Source: an uncultured bacterium (GTDB lineage Bacteria > Verrucomicrobiota > Verrucomicrobiia > Limisphaerales > UBA8199). Taken from it: a stretch of 64,000 nt of DNA. Under the pieces are notes generated by a model. It was not told where the DNA came from, ran no database searches, and saw only the letters and a program-made list of their open reading frames with translations. The stretch covers positions 32,001 through 96,000 of the forward strand of contig CAVVMW010000029.1 in assembly GCA_963749495.1 (NCBI GenBank), given 5' to 3'. Each line of letters starts with the position of its first letter. Position 1 is the stretch's first letter. This document shows positions 30,958 through 42,400 of this stretch, one piece after another. The position numbers were made by a program, and so were the translations under genes.

Positions 30958-32328
30958 CTAATTGAGCCGGATGGCGCGCTGGATTCCGAAGGGCGGAGTC
31001 AGGCGCTGCCCGTCGGCCGGCAGGGCGTGAATTCGGCGCACCAATTCCATGCCCTTCACGACGCGCCCGAAGGCGGCGAAGCCCTGGCCATCGGGGTTGC
31101 GTTTGCCCCCGAAATCCAGTTCGGGCTGGTCGCCGATGCAGATGAAAAAGTTGTCCTGCGCCGAATCCGGGCCGTCGCGGGCCATGCTCAGGGTGCCGTC
31201 CAGGTGCCGCAAGGCCGTGTCGCGCGTCCGCTCCAGCGGGATGGGTGGATAGAACTGGGGCGCTCGCGCCGGGTTGGCGCCGCCTTGGATGACCTGGATT
31301 TTGACCTCGTTGTCCGGCTGGTTTGAGAGCGTGACGGTGCGGAAGAAGGAGCCGTTGTTATAGAGCCGCTCGTGCGCGTAGCGCAGGAAATTGCGCACCG
31401 TGATGGGGGCCGCCTTGGCGTCAAACTCGATGAGGATCGGCCCCAAATCGGTCTCGATCTGCACGCGGGGTTTGTCCGGGACGGGCACCTCCCGCCAATG
31501 AAAACGAGGAGCCTGGGCGGGGTCGAAACCGGCGAGGTGGGCACGCTCTTCGGCGGGACGTTCCATGGGCCGCTGATAACGCCAAGGGCGGTCGCCAAAC
31601 ACTTCGGTACACAATCGGGCAATGGCCGGGTCGTACTCTTTCAATTGCGCCCGCGTATGGACCTCGTTGTGGAGCGCATCCTTCGCGCAACCGCAATCGA
31701 ACCAGTCCTGGACCGATTCGGCCCAGTATTCGTCGGCGTTCACCGCGGAATAGGTGCCTTTCCACAGGCCGCGCTTCTTGGCGTCGGCGAAGGCGGCTTC
31801 AAGCCGGTCGTTGAACGCAGGATCCAACCGCCGCAACGCAGTGCCATAAATGACATGCGAGAATTCGTGAATGAAGATGTTCTCGCGCGCATACGGGTCG
31901 CCGGGGTAGCAGAGCAGGTTTTCCTCGGCGCAACTGCACGTGCGCCCGCCCAGGCCGCGCGCCCGGCTGTCCCAATAGACCTTGGGCGTCATCTCCCGCT
32001 GTTCCGGCAGGTCGGTGGTGTATTCGTTATACGCCATGACCACGACCTTGGCATGATGTTCGGCCAGGGTGCGCAGGATGTCCTCGCGCCCGGCCAATAT
32101 ATGCTCGAGGATATACGCCGCCTCCCGCAAGGCGCAGTCCGAGGCGTTGGCCGAGCTCACGATGGGCAGCGGACCGCCCCCGAAGTACTTCTGGTAAAAC
32201 GGGTCCAGCTTCCATTCCTGGCGCACCGCCTCCGGCACCGGGCCGACAATGTTGGTCATCTCCCCGAGGGCGAGCCCGGGCAGGAACAAGGCTCCCAGCA
32301 GGGCAAACAAGGTTCGTGATTGATTCAT
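30958..32328 (-). CDS. Secreted zinc-metallopeptidase-like domain fused to cyclophilin PPIase
   Basis: HEFSH and EYWAE; C-terminal APITVRNFL, VIQGG, GTLSMAR, FFICIG, AAFGRVVKGM. Confidence 0.85.
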   Translation of the reverse strand: MNQSRTLFALLGALFLPGLALGEMTNIVGPVPEAVRQEWKLDPFYQKYFGGGPLPIVSSANASDCALREAAYILEHILAGREDILRTLAEHHAKVVVMAYNEYTTDLPEQREMTPKVYWDSRARGLGGRTCSCAEENLLCYPGDPYARENIFIHEFSHVIYGTALRRLDPAFNDRLEAAFADAKKRGLWKGTYSAVNADEYWAESVQDWFDCGCAKDALHNEVHTRAQLKEYDPAIARLCTEVFGDRPWRYQRPMERPAEERAHLAGFDPAQAPRFHWREVPVPDKPRVQIETDLGPILIEFDAKAAPITVRNFLRYAHERLYNNGSFFRTVTLSNQPDNEVKIQVIQGGANPARAPQFYPPIPLERTRDTALRHLDGTLSMARDGPDSAQDNFFICIGDQPELDFGGKRNPDGQGFAAFGRVVKGMELVRRIHALPADGQRLTPPFGIQRAIRLN

Positions 32329-32557
32329 GACAAATCTCTTTAAGTGAGCGCCTGGTTCTGTTGTTTTCTTCGGGGCGAACATATCTGAACAGCAAGCATA
32401 TCAGGTTTGCCGAAGAAAGCACCTCTAATCCTTGCCCTGCTTCATGTTGATATCTTTATGACCCTTTCGACCGCGCTGACGCCGGTTCATCATGTCTGGA
32501 TCCGGATAATACCGAGTTGAAAATTGACAATAGGCCAAGATCCGCTAAAGGACCGGC

Positions 32558-32803
32558 ATGAAAGGCGCTTTTTGGGGGTTGCTGCTCTTGTCCTTTCTCT
32601 CCGCTCGGGCCGCGCCGGTCGGCTCCATGCGGATTACGCTGCCCCCGCAGGCAAAGCCTTCGAAACAGAACACGGCCCGGATTCTTGAACGCCAAGTCAC
32701 GCAGCGATGCAGCGCGAAAGTCACCACATCAGGCGAGGCTGCCTTGACCCTCCAGAGGAGAAGCCGGGAGCAAGCCAAACCCTGTCTTGAAGCAGGCCTT
32801 TGA
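32558..32803 (+). pseudogene. N-terminal stub of secreted protein
   Basis: RBS AAGGA, signal peptide (SARA-A), ~45 aa of mature sequence, then short tail and stop. Confidence 0.45.
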
Positions 32804-32896
32804 CGCATTGACCGCCATCCAGCACGCTGACCGTGCGCTCCAACGCCCCCCGCAGTTGCCGTGAGGCAGGGCGGTTCGAGTCGGAATTTGTGCGAA

Positions 32897-34669
32897 CTAC
32901 AAAAACAGGGCCCACATCAATATGGCCGAGGCGGTGCCGTCCATGGTGGGTTCGTTGGAGGAGTAATCGTGGAGATCATCGTGATAGACGGCTTGGGCGC
33001 TTTGGAAGGCGGCGTAGGGATCATCCTTTGAGGCGCTCAGGCCCTTGAGCGTTTTGAAAATGCGTTCATGGACGGGGCCATCCACCAGGCCGCCGCGCAC
33101 GGGGCGCCCGGTGAGTTGGCTGGTCATCAAGTGCGGATGATGCGGGTAAATGCCCTCTTCGGGAATGCCCGTGAACATCGAAACGCCCCAGGGATTGCAC
33201 CCCAGCAGCCAGTCGCGCTGGCGGCAGCAAAAATCATGATAGTGGTGGTCGCCGCTCATGCGCTCATAAAGCAGGCATTGTGTGATCAGCGCGGCCATGA
33301 GGTTGTTGGAGCACCAAATAAACGGAACGCCGGCGCGAAATGGATTCGCGGCGGATGCCCTAAGGCAGCGTTCGATGCCCTCGCGATAATAGCCGGCCAG
33401 ACGGCGTTGCAACGCGGCATCGGCGAATTCGTAAAGCATAAAGTGGCCGAGGTTGACAAACGGGTAGTATTGGTAGTGGCCGGTTTGTTCCTTGCCCATC
33501 CAGGACTCGGAGGCCGCCAGCGCGGAATAGTGCTGGGCGTCCGCAAGATATTGCGGGTCCCGCGTGGCGGCGAAGAGCGCCGCCGCGCCCCATTCCATGT
33601 CGTCGGTCCAGGTGGTTTCGGCATAACGGTATGGCGCACTGTAGGAATTGCCCTGTTGGACGCCCGGATGCGCGCGGCCCATCGCATAAACCTCCACGCC
33701 CGCTTGAAGACATCGCTCGGCGAAGGCAGGGTCGCGCTCCTTGAAGATCATCTGCGCCAGCGCCATCGCCGCGGCATAACGGCCGGCGAGGTTGGCGACG
33801 CCCGTGGACTCGCTTTTATAATCCCTGAGGCCCTGCGGCCGGCCTGTAGCATAATAAACGACGCGCGCCCCGCCCTTGCCCCAGCCGTAATTGGCGAAGT
33901 CATCCTTGGGCAGGCGCCAGCCGCAATGATCGCGATCGTCGGCAACCTGATGGAAGAGAAGGTTTGGGGCGGGGTGCAATTTGAGCATCCATTCCAGTCC
34001 CCAACGCGCTTCGTCCAGGAGGTCTGGCACGCCGTTGGCTCCGGGCCGTCCATCCGCGCGGGCAGCATCGTGGAAAATGGAGCGGTCGCCGGCCAGTCGC
34101 CACGCCATCAACAATTGCGCCGTGGCATTGCCCGAAGTCAGAAGATATTTCAATAAATCGGCGGCATCATGCCAGCCGCCTCTGCAATCCACGCTCGTCC
34201 CGCCGGGCATCGGGCCGTCGGCGGTCCGCGCATCGAGTTGGTGGCACTTCTGATCCAGAAAGGGATTGTCGCCGCACCGCTGCTGGCGCATGAATTCGAG
34301 CAATTCATCCGGCAACGCCGCATAGACGCCGGCGGCAACGGCAAAAGGCGGCGATTGGGCGCGGCCTTGGCGCAGGAAGAAGCGCCCGGGTTTGTCGAAG
34401 GCTGAGAAGTTCAATTCGGCGAACCGGGTGAATGTGCCCCACGCGGCGCCGGGCAGCGCCGTAGCCGGGCCGAACCAAACCACCGCCCCCGTGGCGGCGT
34501 CGCAAACGGTGAAAGCGCCGACCGGAGCAGAGGAGCCGAAGGCGACGGCAATCTTGGTATCGTGAGGGAGGTATCCGGCTTGATTAACGCGAAGGAACTC
34601 CTGAGCGCCCAAGGGGAGGGAGGCGCGGAGCCAGAGCAGCAGGAGGGCAATCCACCAGCGCGCTTTCAT
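32897..34669 (-). CDS. GH9 endoglucanase with Ig-like N-domain
   Basis: RVNQAGYLP, GGWHDAAD, WLLGCNPWG, GGLVDGP, YSSNEPT. Confidence 0.92.
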   Translation of the reverse strand: MKARWWIALLLLWLRASLPLGAQEFLRVNQAGYLPHDTKIAVAFGSSAPVGAFTVCDAATGAVVWFGPATALPGAAWGTFTRFAELNFSAFDKPGRFFLRQGRAQSPPFAVAAGVYAALPDELLEFMRQQRCGDNPFLDQKCHQLDARTADGPMPGGTSVDCRGGWHDAADLLKYLLTSGNATAQLLMAWRLAGDRSIFHDAARADGRPGANGVPDLLDEARWGLEWMLKLHPAPNLLFHQVADDRDHCGWRLPKDDFANYGWGKGGARVVYYATGRPQGLRDYKSESTGVANLAGRYAAAMALAQMIFKERDPAFAERCLQAGVEVYAMGRAHPGVQQGNSYSAPYRYAETTWTDDMEWGAAALFAATRDPQYLADAQHYSALAASESWMGKEQTGHYQYYPFVNLGHFMLYEFADAALQRRLAGYYREGIERCLRASAANPFRAGVPFIWCSNNLMAALITQCLLYERMSGDHHYHDFCCRQRDWLLGCNPWGVSMFTGIPEEGIYPHHPHLMTSQLTGRPVRGGLVDGPVHERIFKTLKGLSASKDDPYAAFQSAQAVYHDDLHDYSSNEPTMDGTASAILMWALFL

Positions 34670-34899
34670 GTTGTGAGAGAATTGGCTGACACCGCCGCCG
34701 CGTCCAGCCAATTCAGTTTGATCGTCCGGGCGCTTTTCCGCCCGCATAATTCAAGGGGAGATCGAGGGCGCCGAGTCTTCGCAAATCATCCGGGGCCGTG
34801 GCAACCTGTCCCAAAGCGCCTTCGGGGAGTTGGTTTTTCCCCATGCCCGCGCCGGAACGAGGATGGGGATAGCGCCAGCCGCCCCCGCTCTTGCGGCCG

Positions 34900-37807
34900 T
34901 CATTGAGAGGGCAGCCCCGGCGTGCGTCCCCGGCCTTGGGGCCCTCGGCCCGCCCTCCGGGGCACAGGCCCCCAACCACGCCGACGCGGTGAGGCGGGTA
35001 ACAGCGGCGCGGTCAATTGTTCGTAGAGGCGAAAGAGATGTTCCACCCGCTCGCGGTCTGAGTGGAAGGTCTGCGCCCGGTAGCAGCGTTCGACTGCTCG
35101 AATCCAGCTCGTGGTGGGCCCGCAGCAACTCCCGCGGCATGGAGTTCGGGTCGTAGAGGTCGGCTAGCGTCGCCATCCCACGCGGCGGCAGGTGCGGCTC
35201 TCGCGCCGCCAACACCGCCCGCGCTTCCTCGACCACCCGCGCCCTCTGCTCGGGCGTAGGATTTGGCCAGGGGAAGTTGTTATAGACAATGTTGCCAGAG
35301 TACTGAAAGTCACTTTTCATGCGGCCAGCAACGCACTCCATCCAGGCATTGTGCATGGCGGACGTGAGAACGCCAAAGTGGTAGTGCGTCGCCCCGGGCA
35401 CAACGAGGGCGCTGCCGCTGGCAATGATTTCAGGCTGGACAAACCCGATCGGAATGTATGAGCGGAGCTCTGAAGACACTTTTGGGATCAGGATGTAAGG
35501 TGTCGATGGCTGCCGGATCTCCCCGAAGAGTCCAGGCGTCGAGGCCAATCGCCGCGTTTGCGCGCGCCCACTGCTGCGGCGAAAACGCCTCACCTTTTCG
35601 ATCCTTTCACGGAGGAGCGGGCTTTGGCGGACGAGGTCTGGCGGAGCGTCCACAAGCCAGAGGCACCATCGCTCGATACCATTGATGAACTCATCACCGC
35701 CGTACAACTGCCGCACGTACGGCGCCAGCGCCGGGCATTCAGCTAAGAGCGCGTCACGATGCCGGCGGCTGAGGATTAGCCCCTCGTCTTCGCCGGAGCG
35801 GCGGTCCTTGTCGATCATCATGCTGCCGTAACTGATTGCCGGCCCGCCGTTGATTGGCTCGGTACGGGTGCGAACGGTCGTATCGCCTGCGGCGATGAGG
35901 TAGGGATTGATATTCGCGACCTCGGTGACGCTGACGTGGTCCTCCCCTTGCTCGTAATCGTAAAGCGTCTTCGTTTGAACATCGGACGCGCCGAAGCCGA
36001 TGATGACAACATGCACGTGGGCCGCGCCACGGGCGTCGCTCTTCCATGGGAATGTCCTATGGGCAAAATGGATTTTCAGGTGCCAACGTCCGAACAGCTC
36101 GGTCCACAAGACCCCCACCTGTTCGCCCTGGCAAATGGAGTTGGTGGAGACAAAGGCGGCGCGCACCAGCGTGCCAGAAATGTACGCGGCAGCCGTCCGA
36201 TACCAGCAGGCAACGTAGTCGAGCACGCCCGTTCCCCTGGCCCCGTTCCAAACCCGTTCCATATCGGCCTTCTGTTCGGCGTTCTGCTCCTTCTTCCCAG
36301 CGTAAGGCGGATTGCCCAGCAGGTACGAGCACTGCTCCCGCGCCAGCACCGAGTTCCAATCCGCCCGCAGGGCATTGCCGTGCACGATGTGCGGCGAGGC
36401 TCGCAGCGGCAACCGCTCGAAGCTCTGACCAAAAGCCTCGGCCGCTTGGGCGTTCATCTGGTGGTCCATCAGCCACAGTGCCACCTCCGCAATGCGCACC
36501 GGCCATTCCAATATCTCGATGCCGTAGAACTGGTCCACGTCAACCTTGCACAAGTTGCGCACGTCCAGTTCCTGCTGCTGCGCCCCGTGGATTTGCTTCA
36601 GGACCTCTATCTCCAGCAGGCGCAGTTCACGGTAGGCCAGCACAAGGAAGTTCCCACAGCCGCAGGCCGGATCCATGAATTTCAGAGAGCGGAGCTTTTG
36701 CTGGAATGCCTCGAAGTTGGCCCGCCGGCGGGTGGAGCGGTCTCGCCGAAGCTGCTCGAACTCACCGCGCAGGCCGTCGAGGAAAAGTGACCGGACGGCC
36801 TTCATAATGTCCCGCTCGTTGGTGTAGTGGGCCCCCAGTTGGCGCCGCGCCCGGTCCTCCATCACCCCTTGAAACAGCGACCCGAAAACCGCCGGAGAGA
36901 CCCGTGCCCAGGAGAAGGCGCAGCAGTAAAGCAGCGAGTCGCGCATCGCCCTGTTAACGACCGCCGTGTGCAGGCGCTCCCGAAACAGGAGCCCGTTGAC
37001 GTAGGGAAACGCCGCCAGGTCCTCCTGCATCCCGGGCTGCCGGCACGCAGGCTCTGTGTCAAGCACCTCAAAAAGGTAATTGAGGTGCTGCCCCAAATCT
37101 GACCCGTCCTCCCGCGTTCGGGTGCGAATGTACTGCGTGAAGGAATCGGGCGGGAAGATGCCGGTATCCTCCGCGAAAAGGCAAAATAGCAGGCGCACGA
37201 GCAGCCTTTCGAGTTCGTGGCCCGTGAAGCCCCCGGCCCTCAGGGCGTCGTGCAGTTGGCACATGCGGTGGTACGCTTTCTGATTAGCCGGGTCTTCGGG
37301 CTGAAGCCGCAGCCGCGTCTGTCCGAGCATGAAGGCGAAGTGCCGGATTGCCCGGGGAAAGTCATTCAGCGTGAATGAGACCCGCGAGCTTGGCCGTCCC
37401 GCGAACAGCCTCAGGCCGGGCTGCTCGTCTGGCTCAAGGTCGTAAAGGACAAAGCGCGCAAAATCCGACACGAGAACGAAGCGCGGGACTTCGTCGTGGC
37501 GCCCCTCACGGGTAAGGTCTTCGATGTACCCGAAGGCTTGCGTTTCGGCGGCTTCCAGGCTTTGCCCAAAGCTCTTGTGCTCCACCAGCAGTGTGCCGCG
37601 CCACAGCAGGTCAATGGAGCCTGTGTTGCCCCGGAGGTTCCTCACGTTCGCTTCGAATGACGCCACCGAAGCCCGGCGAATCCCAAAGGCCTCAAAGAAC
37701 TCGTTCCAAAAGGTCTGCTTGTCCGCGCGCTCCGACCTCGGCCCCGCCCATCGGTGCGAGAAACGGATAGCTCGGTCGCGCACTTCGCTCCATGAAAGAT
37801 GCGGCAT
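34900..37807 (-). CDS. MmeI-like type IIL restriction-modification enzyme; +1 frameshift at ~35101
   Basis: IDLLW...VEHKS nuclease motif, GAHYT, DPACGCGNFL, GNPPY, VYNNFPWP. Removing one T restores HHELDRAVERCYR...ERVEHLFRLY with stop at 34900. Confidence 0.9.
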
Positions 37808-38091
37808 GGACTTTCGTAGCTCGCTTTGCGGGCCTTGTTTGCGATGTTGCTGTGCTTCCAGGCGCGCGGCATCTTACGACAACACCACGCGCAACTCGGG
37901 TCAGCCCCCTTTTTACCGACGGAGCGTGGAGAAAGCAACCTCCATCGCAAGTGTGTTCCGGCGGCGGGGGTCACGGCGGCGGGGGCTCAAATCATAATTT
38001 CTCGCCTTGATTGCCGATGAAGCAATTCGCGTGGTAGGCACCATGCGGCGCCGACTGCGAGTCTCACCCCTTTCCCGTTCCTTGTTTTTGC

Positions 38092-38412
38092 TCAGATGGC
38101 CAGCCGTTTGGCCAGCGCGTCCCGCACGCGCCTCATTTCATCTCCGTTTAATGCGCCAAGCTTCCGCTCCAGCTTCACGGTAGAAACGGTTTGGACCTGT
38201 TGCAGGTGAAACGCGCCCGGTTTCAGAAACGGCTTTGGTATGCAGAGCTCCCACCGGTTTCCGCGCAGCGCGGTTGTGTGGAGAAGCACGGTGACAATAT
38301 CGAGCTCGTCGTCGGCGGGGGTGCCGGTCAGCAACAGGGCGGGCCGGACCTTGGCCGCCATCCCGAAATCGACCATCCAAACTTCACCTGGATTGAGGAA
38401 CGGCACCATCAT
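38092..38412 (-). CDS. PemK/MazF-family toxin
   Basis: PGEVWMVDFG..KVRPALLL...KLERKLGAL. Confidence 0.85.
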   Translation of the reverse strand: MMVPFLNPGEVWMVDFGMAAKVRPALLLTGTPADDELDIVTVLLHTTALRGNRWELCIPKPFLKPGAFHLQQVQTVSTVKLERKLGALNGDEMRRVRDALAKRLAI

Positions 38413-38572
38413 CCTCCATGCGGTCGAGCATTAACGCCCCCTCCAGCGCCGCTTGATTGCACACTTCGATGTCCTGGTTTTGGGCGGCCAGTTCGAGCAA
38501 CCGCTGGCGCACCAACCGCAGTTCAGCTTCGGTCAATTTAGGCAGCTCGTCAATGATTTCGGTCGCGCTCAT
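38384..38572 (-). CDS. Putative antitoxin
   Basis: 62-aa acidic ORF upstream of and overlapping the toxin. Confidence 0.7.
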   Translation of the reverse strand: MSATEIIDELPKLTEAELRLVRQRLLELAAQNQDIEVCNQAALEGALMLDRMEDDGAVPQSR

Positions 38573-38764
38573 GGTGGGAAACTAATGCGCCTCCACGGGT
38601 TTGTCAGGTCAAAACTGGTCGCGCTTGGACCAAGGGTGCGAAGGCTCCGCATGTCGTGCGTCCCCTGAGGCTCCGCGCCGCAAGCTCAGCGCCGGATCAT
38701 GGGCAGCACCAGGCGTGAGGGGTGGTCGCGGTCATGGGATGATAGGAGTCTGAGGCGCAGGGTG

Positions 38765-39290
38765 TCAGGGCCGGTTGGTGGAGCGCTCCGAAACTCCGGG
38801 CTTGGACGCGCTCACGGTCCTCAAGCCGCCGAACAAGGAGACACCTTTGGCGCCGCCAGCCATCGCGAACTGCACGGCGCGATCGAAATCCTCACCGTGG
38901 AGGTCGGGAAGGTAAAGCCCTGCGTACAAGGGGCGATGGGCGGGCAGCGCGTCAACGCCTTCCTTGACCGCGCGCTCGATCCACTCCGGTTTCTCGTTGT
39001 AGAAGCTGTGATAGGTCATGGGCAGGACGGCGTCCAGATTCCAGTGAACCCAATCCTGTCGCACCAGCTTCTTCGCCAGGGTGGGTGTGGGAAAAACCGC
39101 GGCGGTGATCTGTTGGTCGGCGCGGGGCAGAGCGAGCGGTACTTACTCCACAGTTGCTTGACCCAGGGTTGGTCCGCATAGCCCTCGTGGAACCAGTCCT
39201 TGCTGTCGTCAAGGTAAACGTCCTTGCTGTAGGGCGGGCGGCAGTACTTAGCTATCTCGATGCGGAAGGGCTTGTCGTCCTCGAACAAAC
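38765..39290 (-). pseudogene. GHL10-like C-terminal fragment joined (~39115) to an unrelated fragment
   Basis: QITAAVFPTP...VRQDW..W.LDAVLPMTY...LYAGLY; upstream piece LFEDDKPFRIEIAKY... is in another frame. Confidence 0.6.
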
Positions 39291-39456
39291 TACAACACGC
39301 AATGGCGGGCGAGGCGGGCCGCCTTGGCCAGCCAGTCTGGGGTCCCTCCCTGCGCACCCCCCGGACATTGAGGCTTTGCGCCGCGCGATCTCGGCCGGGA
39401 ATGCCCATGAGGCAGCGCCCTACCTCTCGCCGGCCGAGACTGAATGTCGTGCTCTC

Positions 39457-42400
39457 CTACCGGCGGTATAGCTCGACGACCCTGGGGAAATCCCACCGCT
39501 GGAGGTCGTCGAGACGAGAGGCGACATCAACCCCAGGCACGGTCTTCAAGAGCGGACGAGATCCGGGCAGATGAAGCACGATGCGCGCAGGCGGCGAGCG
39601 TCCTGGGGCTCGAATCTCACTTCCACGCCCTTGGCTTTGCCCCGCACCTGGAGGCTGAGGCGGCCAAAGTGCGTTGGCGCATTCTCCACGCGGATTTCGC
39701 GGCCTGGTTCCAGCCACCAATCGGGGGCGCCCCCGAGCAAGTGGAGTTCATTGCCGCGCTCGTGAACGAGCGCGTGGCGCAGCATAAACGCGTAGTTCGC
39801 CGCCCCGGTCGCGTGCGGGATAGTGTCGCTCCACGCGATCCGCTTCTTGTAGTAGATGCCTTCCGGGAAGGCGTGGGTGGCCGTCGAGTGCAGCAGATAC
39901 CAGTAGAACTCTTTGACGAATTGCTCGTGCTCGCCGCGCACAAGCGAGGCCATCGTGGTGTAGGAGCACATGTAGGGATGGATCACGTCTGGAAAGCCGC
40001 CCCAGCGGATAGTGCCCTCGACAAAACCGCCCAGGAACGTCTCGCGCAGTTCGCGAAGCGAAGCCGTCACGCGCGGATCATCCGGCGCAAACAACTCCGT
40101 AGGCCAGAGTGTTTCGGTGTCGCCCCAGTGTGTGCCCGCCTTTTCCCAACTCGGCGGGAAGTGCGGCAGGCCGGTGCGTTGCCACGCGGCGTCAATCGCC
40201 TTGCGGTAAGCCTCTGCCTCGCGGCGGAAGTCGAGCGCGTCGGCGGCTTCACCCAGCGACTGAGCGGCATCCGCGGCGCACCAGAGGCCGCGCAGATTCC
40301 AGAAATCGTAACCCACAATGTGGCATTTGCCGTCCCAGAGATATTCGCCATCGGCGACCGCATTTGGGAGCAAGCCGGCGAAAGGCGAGCCGGGAGGCAC
40401 TGCCCGCCGCGCCTGCTTGATCCATTCCGCGGCGCGCCGCATTTGCGGGCAGGCGCGTTTCAGGAACTCACGATCGCCGGTGATCTTCCAATATTGCCAC
40501 AACGTCCAGAGCGCCTGGCCATTGGCATCCAATTGGTTCTTCTGTGTCTCGAAGCGGCCATCGGGCCGCTGCGCTTGCAGGTAAGACTCGATGGCTTTTT
40601 TCGCGGCCTCGGCAAACCCGCCTTCCTCGAACTGCAAGATCTGGTAAGCCCCGTCGCGGATATAGAACTCATCGTAAAAGCCTTCGCCGCCCTTCAACAC
40701 ACCGTGGTCGTTGTCGATAAACTGCTGGACGTGCGCCGCTCTGAGGGCCTGCGCCGCCTTGACGCACGGCACGTCAAATCGCGCACCCGAGGCCAGCAGC
40801 TCCCGCCAGTACCGGATCGCGCGGTCGAGCCACACTTTTGGGTCTTCCCGGCCTGGGGACGCGCCGTTGGGCGCCGGGGCGAAGGGAATTCGGAAGCAAG
40901 TGGCCGCAGTGTGCCGCGGCTGGATCCGCGCGCTCCACTGCGCAAGCGTCGCTGCATTCGTGCCGGTGCGTTCGAGCCGGACGCCGGCCTCGCGGATTGT
41001 CGGGCTCGAGTTGCTGGCTTGGATCCAAACCCAGTTCATGAAATTCTCGCCCTCGGTCGGCCAATCAAATGCCGCGCGCCAATTTCTGACCGTTGGCAAC
41101 GGCGTGGCCCAGAGCGTGAACTGATAACGCACGCCCGCTTCTTCGGTCTCCAGGAGCACGACCGGCAGCCAGCCCTCGAGCAGTGTCTTGGTTTGTTTTC
41201 GGCTGAGAGGCGTCTGACCCGGCCCTACGACCAGCCGCGCCTTGGCCTGGTTGGCGAGTAGCAGCTCATTTTGCGGGGTCAAGCGTGTAGCATGCTCGTA
41301 ATCCTTCAGGCCGACGACGCTCCACGAGTTCTCAAAATAATCGAACGGTTCAGAACCGATGCCCTCGACGTCGGGGGCGGAGACGGGCTTCGCCCCTTGA
41401 CCGCCGCTGCCGGGACCGATCTCCAAAGCTTGCACGAAGGCCTCACCACGCGCGGTGGTGTCAGCGCTTGAAATGCGCGCGGCGGTAAACCGGATTTCGA
41501 GAATCCCATTCGTCGGGGTGAGGTCGTCGATCACCAGGTCCACCGCGCGGTTGGATCCACCGGCCGTGGCAGCGACGTCGAGGCGCTCCACCACCCGCCG
41601 GCCATTGACACGAATGTCGAAGCAGTTGGTGCGCGTGTCCAGTCCGCGGGTTGCGGCGAACTTGAGACGCGCGTGGTAGCGGCCCGGGCCGACCGTCACG
41701 TTCACCCAAAACTCGCGTCCGTGCACGCCGTAGAGATACAGCTCCGGATCGATGGTGCCGCTGATTTCGCCGGGTGCGGTCTGCGTCCACCAACACGCCG
41801 CCACGGTATCCGCGCCGTTGGCCACGCGCGTGACCAACTCCGCGCCGGGCCTCCACGTGTTTCCGGCAGCATCGCGATAATCCTCGCGCCTCGGATAGCC
41901 GAAAATCATCCGTTGTGACTCCCGTGGGCCGGTTCCGGACGGAAAACTCGCCACGCCCGCCGCAGCGGAAAACTGTATCCCCTCGATGCTGACGCGCGCC
42001 CCTGCCGAGAGCGGGTTGCCGACACCGCGGGCGACCAACTTCAGCGCGTGTGGTCCCTGAGCCAAACCGTTGCGGTAGTAGAGCACTTGCCGGTCGCGTG
42101 GCGTCGGATTCCAGCAGTCCACCGGGACGAGTTGCTTTTCGCCGTCCAGATAAACGTCCGCCAGTCCGCCCTCCGGCGCGAAGCTGCCGATAATTCGAAC
42201 CTGGTTTCCGTTGAAGCGAGCCGTGAGGCAAGCAGCCGCGCGTTCGGTGGCACGCGTCAAGTCTCCAGCGCTGTGCCATGCGCCATCGAAATGAAATTCC
42301 TCAGGTTTCACCACGCGTTGCGGATCGGTGCCGGTCACGACCACGCTCCGAGCGCCATCGTGGCGGATGGCAACGATGGCATCGCCGTTGGCAAGTGGTT

